This document shows, one piece after another, positions 1 to 12,109 of a stretch of DNA of 64,000 nt. Both the position numbers and the translations under genes were made by a program. Origin of the DNA: Mobula birostris (lineage: Eukaryota); assembly GCF_030028105.1 (NCBI RefSeq), contig NC_092381.1, forward strand, positions 55,888,505 to 55,952,504. Direction: 5' to 3'. Below the pieces are notes generated by a model. The model saw only the letters and a list, made by a program, of their open reading frames with translations. It had not been told where the DNA came from and did no database searches. Each line of letters opens with the position of its first letter. Within the stretch, counting starts at the first letter, position 1.

Positions 1-19
1 ATCTTAGTAGTTCTTGTCC

Positions 20-372
20 TAATGCTATTGTACCTACTGCTGATGGCTGATGGGTGGGAAGGGAGTTCAAAGGAATTGTTGGACGGATGGGAAGGATCAC
101 TGACCACGCTAAGGGCCTTGTGTATATAGAGCCCCTGATAACATAGAGACCCTAATGATCCTCTCAGCAGCCCTTGCAATCTTTTGTAGGGACTTGCAGT
201 CAGATGCCTTGCAATTCCTATACCAGAAGGTGATGCAGCTCGTCAGGACACTCTCGATGTACTCCTGTAAAAGTTGGTTAAAATGGGTGGGGGGGGGAGC
301 CTCACTCGCCCCAGGAAGTGGAGATGCTGCTGTGCTTTCTTGACCAATAAGGTGGTGTTGAGGGACCAGAAT
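20..372 (-). mobile_element. Rex1/Babar-type LINE fragment (decayed)
   Basis: Degenerate match to the FYR.TIES.LT.CIT.WY region seen in the other copies in this window. Confidence 0.6.
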
Positions 373-737
373 TGTGCCAACACAATGCCAAGCAGAATTT
401 GACTAGGTAAAACATCCCATCATCTAATCACTCAGTGTTCTCACTTACACGAAATCTATGATGCCCATCATCAACATCACACTGAGAGGGCACGACATTT
501 GAGTCACACGTTATTCTGGTGGCATGGCATTATTCTGACTCCTCACTCTTAAAATGATTTTGTCAAAAGGCAGAGCAGCAGCTTGGGACCAGTGCCAGTC
601 CTCTCACCTAAATTGACACGTCATGAAAGGTGATTAAAAACATTCCTGACATAGAAATGGAAATTTTCTAATATTTATTCGTGGAATAGAAAAGAATACA
701 CAACAAATGAATGGCTGCTGGGACGTTTTACACTGAC

Positions 738-817
738 CTTGATACCACCAGTGGAAGAATTAACATTTTCAGCATCCTCATCAACAGCTCACCGGGGAAC
801 TGGAAATACTTAATTTC
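738..817 (-). CDS. SLC1A7: EAAT5 coding exon 2; gene continues beyond the window start
   Basis: Acceptor cttctcttttag, then EIKYFQFPGELLMRMLKMLILPLVVS(S), then donor AG|GTCAGT; 80 nt. Contains the SLC1 family FPGELLMRML motif. Confidence 0.95.
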
Positions 818-1174
818 CTAAAAGAGAAGTCACAAATAGATAATCTACCAGGATAAGGCCTGAGTGAAAGTACTAATATTGTGTGTAATAAGAATGAAGC
901 AAGCTCTTACATATAACTAATTTGAATAAAATATGAAATAACTTTGGCTCAATTTAGAAAAGTAATTAAATAGGTATTTGAAAATCTGATAGTAGCCCTT
1001 GATTTTTGTTGTCTGAAGAATGAGTGGGACAAGGTTACTGATGTTAATTGGAAAATTATTGTTGTTTTTAAATGCCCCCGTTCTGTTTGGAATGATCAAT
1101 TAAATAGATGATCAAATAGATTCAATATTGTTTGCTGTAAGTTAATTAAAATCAGGTGTTTTTAGCTTGCCTAC

Positions 1175-1315
1175 CTGTTCAGAGAGATGCCTGGTCCTCA
1201 GGAAAAATCCCAACGAGCAACCGATGATAACGGACAACACAGAGAGAATTAGCAAACCATTCCTTTTAAAGACATCCTTGATCTGAACTGAGACTGAAGC
1301 GATTGCCACTGTCAT
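1175..1315 (-). CDS. SLC1A7: Excitatory amino acid transporter 5 (EAAT5), coding exon 1
   Basis: Minus strand reads MTVAIASVSVQIKDVFKRNGLLILSVLSVIIGCSLGFFLRTRHLSEQ, matching the EAAT5 N-terminus (RNGLLILSVLSV..GC.LGFFLRTR.LS.Q). It ends at donor CAG|GTAGGC; 141 nt, phase 0. Confidence 0.95.
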
Positions 1316-1699
1316 TGTGCCCTGGTCTCCTGACTTTGGAGAGACCCACTACTCCATACAATGGCAGTGCCCTGACTACCCACAGACGGGAATTCAAAGC
1401 AAGCATCCCATATCTGGGCTTTGCACACAGAGAAGTCAATGCCCGTGACCTCTGAGCTAAACTTCATCAAATAAAAAGCATGCACAGATGCCACTATTAT
1501 CCTAATGTGATGTCTCTGATCTTATTACCAGAGAATTCATTAAGGCGATTATTGACCAACCTAAGGCTGGGCTCTGCCAGCTCTGAGGCAAGTATCTTAG
1601 CTCCTGGCATTGGACATTTGATACGGTTCTGACAAAAATGTTAACTAGTACCAAAATACACCTTTTTATTCTGTAAATAGCTTCCCCTTCACAATCCAA

Positions 1700-3705
1700 G
1701 AATATTAATGTTATTTCTAGTACACAAGTGTAAAGGATAACAAAATAATTATTATTCAAGATCTGATACAGCACAAAAAGCACAGTAAAGAATACAGTAT
1801 TAATAAAAACACACAATTAATATAAATACGTAAGATAGTTTATATACATAGATTGATTGTATGTCCATAAAGTGACACTAGGCACAGGAGTGTCTGTACA
1901 TAAGGTGAATGACAGGAAATGATAAAGTCGTGGTGGTTGGGGGTGTGGAGGTATGAGTTTATGGGTGAGAGTGGTGATCAGCCTTGCTGCTTGGGGAAAA
2001 GTAACTGTGTTTGTGTCTGGTGGTCCTGGCATGGATGCTATGTAGCCTCCTCCCTGATGGGAGTGAAACAGTCCATCCGCAGGGCGGGTGGGATCCTTCA
2101 TGAATTTACTGGCTCTTTTTTGGCACCTATCTCTATATACAGTATGTCCTTGATGGTGGGTAGGCTATGATGGTGTCAGCAATCCCTCGTAGAGCCTTCC
2201 TGTCTGCCGCAGTGCAGTGATGCAGCTGGTTAGGATGCTCTCTACTGCACATCTGTAGAATGATGCGAGTATAGATGCACATAGCCCAGCTCTTTTCAGC
2301 CTCCTCAGAAAGTAGAGCCACTGGTGAGCTTTCCTGATTATGCAGAATGTTTTCTGGGACCATGAGAGGTTGTGTGAGATATGCACTCCCAGGAGTTTGA
2401 AGTTGCTCGCAATTTCCACTGCCATCCTGGTGATGTAAGGAGGGGGGGGGTGTGAGTGGTGTGAGTTTTCCTGAAGTTGGTAACCATCTCCTTTGTCTTG
2501 CTAACAATGAGGAAGAGATTATTTGCCTGGCACCAGGCTTCAAGCTCTTCCTCTTCCACTCTGTAGGCCATTTCATTGTTGTTTGTGATGAATCCCACAA
2601 CTCACGTGTCATTGGCGAACTTCACAATGTGATTACTCAAGTGTTTGTCCATGTAATCATGAGTAGAGTGTACAACAATGAGCTCAGCATACAGCCGTGG
2701 GGGGGGGGGTCACCTGTGTTGAGGATAAGGAGGGAGGGAGGGAGGAGCAGTTGTGCATCCTGACTCTCTGAGATCTGTTGGTTAGGAAGTCCAACATCCA
2801 GATACTCAGAGGTGTATTTAGACCGAGGGGTAGGGGTTTGTTCACCAAGGTCTGTGGGACAATAGTGTTGAATGCCAAACTGAAATCCAGAAACAGCATT
2901 CTGACAAGTGTCATTGTTTTCCAGGTGTGTCAGGGCTAGGTGCATGACAGATGCTATGGCATCCATCGTAGTCTGTCAATAGGCATATTGGTGGGTAGCC
3001 AATAGGGCAGGAATGCAGTTTTTGATATCTGCCACTACCAGTGTTCAAAGCACTTTATGATGATTGCCGTCAGTTTCACTTGCTGGATCTGATTGTTTAA
3101 TTATCATTTTCTTTGCAGTTTAACAATTAATTATCTGCTTGTGTTTTAAGTAGTCTTTATATGCCTAACAGTTTATTATACCTCTAGTGGTTATATAAAG
3201 TATTATTCTAGAAAGCTCTGGAAGACCTGCACTAGCTGAATTGTGCTTTTCTTATTAACTTTTTACTGCAGTATTGACTATGTACTTTCTAACTGGATTA
3301 TTATTATCTATAGATTGGAATGGAACTTCCCTTAAATCAAGTTTTATGCCTTGTTCCTGACTTGTAAAAGGACCTTGAATTTAAACACCAGAATCCAACA
3401 TACCGGGCAGTAGCCGTTTCGTTCTGAAGGTGTAAAGCTCTTTGGTACAGGACTGATCATGGCTAATTTGAAGCATATGGGGACAGCAGCCATGACGACT
3501 GATTTGTTGAAGATGTCCATGAAGACGTTAGTGAGCTGGTGTATACACTCCCCAAGTACTCGGCGCGGGATGCTGCCTGACCTAGTGGCCTCTGCAGATT
3601 CCTTCTCACGTCTGCTGCTGTGACAATCAGTGGCTGATCAACAAGGAGGAGGGTAGCTTTCGTGACCAACATCACGTTGCGTGCCTCGAAGCATATATAA
3701 AATTA
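1700..3705 (-). mobile_element. Rex1/Babar-type LINE, 5'-truncated, interrupted at 3081-3400
   Basis: RT fragments [33 protein letters not shown] and TAADVRR, with frameshifts. Confidence 0.85.
3081..3400. mobile_element. Unclassified 320-bp insertion (solo-LTR-like or MITE)
   Basis: Begins TG and ends CA, with imperfect ~22-bp terminal inverted repeats and degenerate 4-bp flanks (cact/tacc). It splits the Rex1 YxPVxLT motif. Confidence 0.65.
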
Positions 3706-4756
3706 TTTAACATGAAATACATTCCCTACAAATCCTCCCCCCAGCACCAACCATAGCTAACACACCTACAAAACCCTTAGTACAAAACCCTAAGACGCAT
3801 TCCCTACACTCCCACAAGACATAAGCATTAACCCCACCACCTCAGCTAACTCCCCACCAACTCTCGCCAAAAGAACCCAAAATACATCCTAACTCCCCCT
3901 CTGCTCCAGCCTAAAACTAAATATTGCTAAAAAGAAACTATATTAATTTTAGTTTTGAACAAGAAAACAAATAGGCTCAAGTTTTTAAATGACTCAGTTG
4001 ATCAACTGGCAGTCTGATTATGAAGTGCACAACGGATAACCTCTTTTGGGCAGTAGAGGATGACAAAGGGAAAGAAGCAGGCAGACAGAAAGCTAAAGAC
4101 TGCACTGGTGGGTAAGAAATCAAACAGATTTTGTGGGTGTTATGAAGAGATAATGTTGAGCATTGCTGAATGGGACATTAGATCACAGTTTTAGACAGAA
4201 AAGGCCTAGTGAATATCTGAGAGAAAACTTCAGAAGACCTTTTAAAACTAGGATTGATTTGTCTGGTCATTCAATGAGATTAAATATAGAATCTGTACTT
4301 AAAGCCTAAATTTTTTTGAAAAAGACAGAAAATACTTAAAATAGTAGGTCAGGCAACCTTTGTGGAGAAAGGGAGTTAACATTCCAGATTAATGCACTTA
4401 CATCAATTCTGCTTTTATTTCAGATGTCCAGAATTCAAAGTATTTTGCTTTTGGGCTTTACAACATTTTCTATGTAGATGGTTATTAGGATATACTAGAG
4501 AATGTCTCATCCACTACCCTGAACTATCAGCTCCTCCATTTCATGCATCATGGTTGCATTAGGTATCTATGGAAAATACACTGCCCCATCTTCTCTCATT
4601 GCAACTCCTAAACTCATGGTCTTTAAAACATAAAGCTCAAAGGCAGCAGTCACATATTCCACTATTCCAATACTAACATATGTTGGATTTGGAAATTTAT
4701 CACTATATCTTCATAACCACCAGTCATACAAGATAAAACATCCCCCCCAAATAGCA

Positions 4757-6095
4757 TTTGAATTGAATTGACTTTATTTCTTACATCCTTCACATACATG
4801 AGGAGTAAAAATCTTTATGTTATGTCTCTATCTAAATGTGCAATGTGCAATCATAGTAATTTATAATAATTTATAATAAATAGAACAGTCAATGTAATAC
4901 AGAGTACACTTAAGTCAGCGTGAGTTCATCAGTCTCACGGCTGGTGAAAGAAGCTGTCCCAGAGCCTGTTGATCCTGGCTTTTATGCTGTGGTACTGTTT
5001 CCCAGATGGTAGCAGCTGGAGTAGATTGTGGTTGGGATGGCTTGGATCCCCAGTGATCCTACGGGCCCTTTTTACACACCTTGTAAATGTCCTGAATCAT
5101 GGGAAGTTCACAACTACAGATGTGCTGGGCTGTCCACACCACTCTCTGCAGAGTCCTGCGATTAAGGGAGCTAGAGTTCCCATACCAGGCAGTGATGCAG
5201 CCAGTCAGAATGCTCTCAATTGTACCCCTATAGAAAGTTCTTAGGGATTTAGGGGTCCATACCAAACTTTCTCAACCGTCTGAAGTGAAACAGGTGCTAT
5301 TGTGCCTTTTTCACCACACAGCTGGTGTGTACAGACCATGTGAGGTCTTCAGTGATGTGGATACTGAGGAACTTGAAGCTGTTTACCCTCTCAACCCCAG
5401 ATCCATTGATGTCAATAGGGGTTAGCCCATTTCCATTCCCCCTGTAATCCACAACCAGCTCCTTTGTTTTTGCAACATTGAGGGAGAGGTTGTTTTCTTG
5501 ACACCACTGTGTCAGAGAGATGACTTCTTCCCTGTAGGCCACCTCGTTATTGTTTGAGATAAGGCCAATTGATGTAGTGTCATCAGCAAATTTGATTAGC
5601 AGATTGGAGCTGTGGTTGGTGATACAGTCATGGGTATACAGGGAGTAAAGGAGGGGACTCAGTACACAGCCCTGAGGGGCTCCTGTATTGAGAGTCAGAG
5701 GGTTGGAGGTGAAGGAACCCATTCTTACAACCTGCTGGCGATCTGACAGGAAGTCCACGATCCAGCTGCACAAGGCAGGGTCAAGCCCGAGATCTCTGAG
5801 CTTCTTGTTGAGCCTGGATGGAACTATGGTGTTGAATGCTGAACTGTAGTCCAAGAATAGCATTCTCACATAAGCATCCTTCTTCTCCAGATGTGTAAGT
5901 ACGATATGTAGAACAGTGGCTATTGCGTCATCTGTCGATTGGTTGTGTTGGTAGCCGAACTGTAGGGGGTCCAGTTTGGGTGGTAGCAAGCTGCAGATGT
6001 AACGCTTAACCAGCCTCACAAAGTATTTTCTTATTATTGAGGTTATTGAGGTGAGTGCGACAGGACGCCAGTCGTTCAGGCATGTTACCTCGGCC
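4757..6095 (-). mobile_element. Rex1/Babar-type LINE with an intact RT core, inserted in an older LINE 3' remnant (about 4500-4756 and 6096-6230)
   Basis: 270-aa ORF containing [23 protein letters not shown] and KFADD; (ATTCA)n-type 3' tail at 4757. Confidence 0.9.
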
Positions 6096-7755
6096 TTCAG
6101 GAATAACAATGCACATGAACAGCCACTGTTAAAGAGGGTGGCTCACCACCACTTTCTTAAGGGCTATTTGGGATGGTTATTAAGCGGTGGCCCAATTAGG
6201 AGTGCTCACGTTCCACTATTAAAAGAAAAATATATATCATTTGAAAAGGAATTGCTTCACAAGGTCAAATGTTGGAGGATAATGCTCACATTCAGAAAAG
6301 CGAATAAAATAGCTCCAACAATGATCTAGAATTAGAGCAAGTCAGGACAAAATGCTTCCTTCATTAATGAAATGTCTACAACCCTATAATTTAAATTAGA
6401 GACAAAGTGGGATATAACTAATTCTCAGATGGAGTTTAATAATGCATGTCCACAAAATTTTATGAATTTGAGATGCTGAATTATTTTCCGTCCCCATGTG
6501 ACTTAAACTATGTCATTTGCTCTCTTGAAGCACTAGTGATTTTCAGATTATTGATAGAGACGCTGAAATCAATCCTCCCAGTATTGATTCTCTAAGATTT
6601 AATAATAAACAATATATGTAAATATGATGCCATTAACAGAAATATAATTACTTATCTAATTCAAAGTTTGCCTACTAGTTCTTAGTGCAATGCCTAGGGC
6701 TAGTGAAAATCTTGAGGCGTAATATTATGTAATACATCACCCCAGATTTAGAAATATCCCTTGCCAGAGGGCTAGACACACTGGATGCAGGAGGATGCTT
6801 CCCCATTTTGAGGAGCCTACAACAAGGGGTTACAGTCACAGGATACAGGGCAAGATAATTATAGAATAACTAGAGCGCAGAAGGGCATTCACTCCATCAG
6901 GTCCACTCTAGCTCTCTATTGGAGTAACTCACTAGGTCCACCTTGGCCTCTTTTCCATTGCCCTGAAAATTGTTCCTCATGCTATATTGATCTATTTCTC
7001 TCTGAAGGCCACAGTGGAACTTAACTTCATCACAAATACAGGCAAAGCACTCCAGATTCCAAGCACATATTGCGTAAAAACTCATGTCACCAAAAATTCT
7101 CTTCCCCTACATTTCTGTGTCCTCTAATCCTCAAACTCTCCAAAACAGGAAGGGCCTCTCATTGTCCACTTCTGTCAATTGCTGTCAGTGCTCTCTCTTG
7201 CAAAGAAAGCTCCGCAATCTGCCCTTCAAGACTGAAGTGAGAACATTTTTTTTTTCACTTAAGAGACCAGTGAATCTGTGGAATTTTCTACTACTAAAGA
7301 TACTGAAGACCAAGTGAATGAATATACTTAAGAAAAAAGAAAATTTTTTTTGGATACCAAAGGTATAATGGGAGAATGCAAGAATATAGAGGTAGAGGAT
7401 CAACCACGCTAAAACTGAATGACAAGGCAGCCTACTTCTATGTCTTTTTACTTTGTCTCAAAGAAATTCAACTGGAAAGGTGATAATCTTCTTTTCCTAA
7501 ATCCATGTTGAAATTTGTTAACAATTCTTCTCCCTCAGGCACATCTTTGGCCAAAGGGCAGAGCATTTCTTCAATCCACAGAAACAATCCTGGGGTGAGG
7601 AAAATCGGGGGGAATAGTGGTTTCAGGATAGCAAGATGGAAGGAGTGAAGGAAAACCTAATACAAACAATTCTCCTCTCTGAGCATCTTACCACATACTT
7701 CAGTCCAGAGTTCACTGGTCACAAAAGGGCTCAAGAATGCCATTAGTCAATATGT

Positions 7756-7801
7756 GTTTCTTTCTTTCTTTCTCTCTCTCTCTCTCTCTCTCACACTCAC
7801 A

Positions 7802-7834
<33 letters not shown>
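7756..7834. repeat. Compound microsatellite (TTTC)n(TC)n(AC)n
   Basis: Read directly from the sequence. Confidence 0.95.
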
Positions 7835-7837
<3 letters not shown>

Positions 7838-7842
7838 AAGAT

Positions 7843-10800
7843 CAGTGATTTCTAACAGGGGTGATACCATCCCCCAAGTGGGCATTAGGGAAATAGAAGT
7901 CATGGGGGGGGGTTCAAGATTCTTGGGGAAGGGTGAAAAGCACCACCCCTAACTTGAGGCACAAGACCTGACTGACCGTTAGTAGAGCAGGCACTTCCAA
8001 AGGAAAGGATGAGGCACTGGAACACAGGAAGAACCATAGCTCTGCAGGTGTTGAATACTCGTCGTCACAACGCATCTGAACCACAGCAGTCGCATCTGAC
8101 TTTACCAACCAAATAGACATTATTGGGGATGCATAAATTAGCAACCAGGGTGCCCAGCAGTTCCCCTTGACTTGTGATATGGAATGAGTTCATGCAATTT
8201 AACAGTTGTTAAGTCAGGTACACCCTCCTAACTTTCTCTACAGATCTACAGAAAACAGATTGCACAATGATACAGTGCTGGCCTGAACCAAATGGTAAAA
8301 TAGAGCCAATCAGTGAACTTGCCAACCTGAAGTTTTTGACACCGTGGTTGAATTTTTGCTCAAAGTTGACAAGAGCTTGGGAGACAGGATTGAACTTTTA
8401 CGTGGAGATGTGGCACACCTATCCAATCTGTATGACAAAATGAACATTCTAAACATGAAAATCTGCAGGGTGAGAATTTCAATTATAATTCAGGCAAAAA
8501 GTGTAGCGTCCACTTTTATTGAAAAATTGGAAATACATAAGCAGAATATTTGGAGAAGAATGTTCTCATAGTTTCCCTGCATGGAAAGAATGGCACCCTT
8601 TTTCACAGATGGTGATTTGCAAGAGTACTGCTTACACCTACGGAGGTTGAAGATACTTCAACCGAATGTAGATGCTCTCCAAGGTGGTCTCTTTTGCTTC
8701 GACAGAATCTTCCGGAGACTATCGCGGCTGACTGTATCAAAGGCCTTGGTTAGGTCAATGAATGCCGTGTACAGCCCCACGTTCTGTTCACAACACTTCT
8801 CCTGTATCTGGCACAGGATGAAGATCATGTCAGATGTGCCTCTGTTCGCTTTGAATCCACACTGACTCTCTGAGGTTGCCTTCAGCATTGGTAGGGATGA
8901 TTCTGTCCAAGAGATTTCTGACAAGGATCTTCCTGGCAGTGGACAGCAGGGTAACACCTCTGTAGTTTGAACAATCCAATTTCTTGCCTTTGTTCCTGTA
9001 CAGGGAGACAATTACAGCATTGCATAGGTCATTTGGCGTGAGCCCTTCTTCCAATAAAGTGTGAACAGGTTTGTGAGCTCGCTTAGGAGAATGTCTCCAC
9101 CCATTTGGTACACTTCTGCTGGGATCCCGTCAACGCCTGGGGCTTTATGGCATTTCAGCTTGGAAGTAGCAGCTTTGACTTTGTCCAGAGTTGGCAGGCC
9201 ATCAGCATAATCCTGACCTCATGCCGGGGAATCATTTCAATCAATGCCCCTTGTACTTGATGATTACCCCCGAAACAGCTCTCATAGTGCTCTGTCCATC
9301 GCCTCATGATGACTTCCTTGCCTGTTAGCAGGCTGGAGCCATCCAATGAGTGTAAAGGGGCTTGAATCTGTCGAGTCAAATGATATACTACATGCAGCAG
9401 TTCGTAGAAGGCTGGAGTGTTGCCAGTGCCTGCATGGTGCTGCATTCGTTCACTAGGGAAGTCCACCAACTGTTTTGCATTTGTCTGTTTGACTTGGAGC
9501 ACAAATCTGTATTCATCTGTATTCTGCCTCTGCTGCCTTCTCGCTCAAACAAAAACCATGCAAGAGCCCATCTCGAGCTTCTAATTGCAGCCAACTATGC
9601 TCTTATGCACACAGAGGATGCGCTACAGGCTGTGGTCACTCAGTTCACCAAGGCGGCAAGGGCTCTCAGGTTAACGGTCAGTCTGAAGAAAACAATGATC
9701 CTCGTGGCATTTACAAACCCACCTTGGATCACCATTAATAACCATCCTCTCACCATGGTTGGGCAGTTCACCTACCTGGGCAGCATCATCTCCAACGATG
9801 CTACAGTAGTAGGGGATGACAGTAGTAGTAGACAATTGACTCACGGAGCGAGCAGTGACTTTGGCCGCCCCCAGAAATGTGTGTGGAAGCACCACCAGCT
9901 GAGTCTGTCCATAAAAATCCATGTGTACAGGGCTGCCATTGTCACAACACTGCTGTATAGCACTGAAGCCTCTGTCTTCTACTGCAAGGAAATCCAGTTG
10001 CTCGCTCGCTTCCATCAACGCAGCCTCCGCACCATTATGGTTATTAGCAGGCAGGATTGTGTCTCCAACAACGAGGTCCTGAAGAGGACTCAACTACCAA
10101 GCACTGAAGCCACTTTGCTGCTCAAGCAGCTCTGCTGGTCAGGCCATGTGTCATGAATGGACAACTTCAGGTTACCAAAAGCAGTACTCTACAGAAAACT
10201 CTCTCAAGGCAAGAGATTGTGGTACCCCACTCAAGAGGTACAAAGACCAATTTAAACGGCAGCTCTCTCAGGAAAATAGCGAGGTCAGTGAGTGGCTGTG
10301 GCTGGCTTGTGACAGAGACCACTGGAGACACTGATCTACGAAGCAGCCGAGAATTTTGAGGAATCCAGAAGAGCAACTGCTGAAGAGAACAAGAGATGCA
10401 GGAAGGATCCTACTACCTAAGTGCCTGCATCCCATCCGTTCCTGTGTCCCTAATGCTCCAGAGTCAGCAGATCCAGAACTGGCCTCTGCAGTCACCAACA
10501 ATCATGCTGTTGCTCCTGAGGACTCTTCTTCCCTCCTGATCTTCGCAAGCGAGGAACCAGTCTTCATCATCGTTTACACCTGCAGTCACTGAAGAAGGAT
10601 TTTCAGAATCGATTCAAATACAAGGATTCAGACGATCTGGAAATTCCAGGCTGGCTAATGAACCCATTTCTTTGCAAGTTGGAAGAACAGGAAGAGAGCT
10701 TGCAAGAAGAAATTATCAAAATTCAGAATGATGAAGAAGAAAAAATGCTTTTCGAAAATATTGATTTTTGTGGTATTTGGCTTCACTATCATACAAAGTT

Positions 10801-11242
10801 TCCTGGTCTTTGAAGAAGAGCTGAACTGCTCTTCATTGCATTTCCATCCTTGTTGAAAGAGGCTTCAGTGCAGTGAACCACATACTCACAAAAAACCACT
10901 TGGACGTTGTTATGCGTGGGGACTTAAAGGTTCTTGCTGTCACAACTTGAACCAGATATTTCAATTCTTGCTAATTCAACCTCAAGGATCACATTGATAT
11001 CGAAGTTGCTGTTCAGCGTACAGGTCCTGTGTAAGCTAGGTTTAATGACAAATAAAAAATTTAAGGCAGTATAATTTTTCACCAGTTAGCATATAGTAGA
11101 TTTGTTTTTACACTAGGGGGGCGCTGGGAAGTATATTGTGCCTGAGAGGGGCATTGGCAAGTATGAGTGTGCATTAGGGGGGCTTTGGCAAGAATCAATG
11201 TGCTTTGGGGGTCATTGGGCTGAAAAAGGTTGGGAAACACTG
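7843..11242 (+). mobile_element. hAT (Charlie-like) DNA transposon with decayed transposase
   Basis: TIRs CAGTGATTTCTAAC / CAGTGTTTCCCAAC and an 8-bp TSD ataaagat/atacagat. Transposase remnants (DVAHLSNLYDKMNILN...EYCLHL|QSLKKDFQNRF...) lie on both sides of an RTE insertion. Confidence 0.85.
8640..10573. mobile_element. RTE-clade LINE with an inverted 5' half
   Basis: Minus part encodes NYRGVTLLS and FIDLTKAFDTVSR. Plus part encodes a decayed ELLFADD, FTYLGS and YRAAIVTTLLY. (CAT)n-like tail; TSD ttacacct. Confidence 0.88.
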
Positions 11243-12109
11243 ATACAGATTATTAGGATAAACAGATCCTTGGATGCCACTGTCAGGATCTGTTCATAGT
11301 CAACTTGGCTATACCCCATGAAGAGATTTAAAATGAAAATAGAAAATCATGTAAGTACTTGGGAGGCTAGACAGCATTTGTGGAAGAATAAAAAATAGTT
11401 TTAACATTTCAGATTAACGATGTTTATCGGAACAGAAATTAAATAGAAATTATATCTACTTTGTTACAGAGAAAGCTGAGGGGTGGAGAGAACAAAAGGA
11501 ATATCTGTGGCAAGATTGGGCTGGGATGAGGGAAGACTGAAAGGTCCAGATTGAAGTGGTGCCATCTTGAGAGCATGATGAATACTGTAGATGCTCTGCC
11601 TGGAAGAGATCCAAATGGAAGGAGATGATGAAAAAAAAACAAGAAATAAAATAATGCTGGATCTTGGATATAAGATGGCTCCTCCTGAGAGTCTTCAAAA
11701 GTTTGATATCTGAGAAGGCGGAATTCAGGGTTGTACTCTAAGAATTGGACCTTGACCAGATAGTAGATGATACCCCTCAAAACTACACTGGGCTTTGATG
11801 AACACACACTCAAGGTACAAGACACAGTGGAATGGAGAATTAAAGCAAAAGGTAATTGAGAAGTCGAGGTAAACTCTATGAATTGAATAACAGTGTTTTG
11901 CAGTAACTCAATCTGCATTTTCAGAAAGAAGGAAAATAAATGATGCGTGCTCAGCATGTTGGGCAGAAAGAAACAGAGTTAATCTTTTGGCTGGATGGTC
12001 CTGTCATTAGGATGGAGTAGAGATAGAAACTATGACAAGGTTATTTGTGGTACCCCTCGTACAGGACTAGTGTACCCTAATATTGATAGTCACATCATCC
12101 CATCCCAGC

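Noticed and set aside
3048-3401. A minus-strand frame starting with ATG at the insert edge that stays open if TAA/TAG are read as Gln (ciliate/diplomonad code); similar frames at about 3693-3992 and 6371-6706
   Set aside because: With only one stop codon, several frames of these AT-rich or G-poor segments stay open and none has a recognisable domain. The terminal inverted repeats and TG...CA ends explain the first segment better. tBLASTx with code 6 would settle it.
3711-3935. Possible NUMT (mitochondria-like G-poor skew)
   Set aside because: I could not read a mitochondrial protein, tRNA or rRNA motif in the frames I translated.
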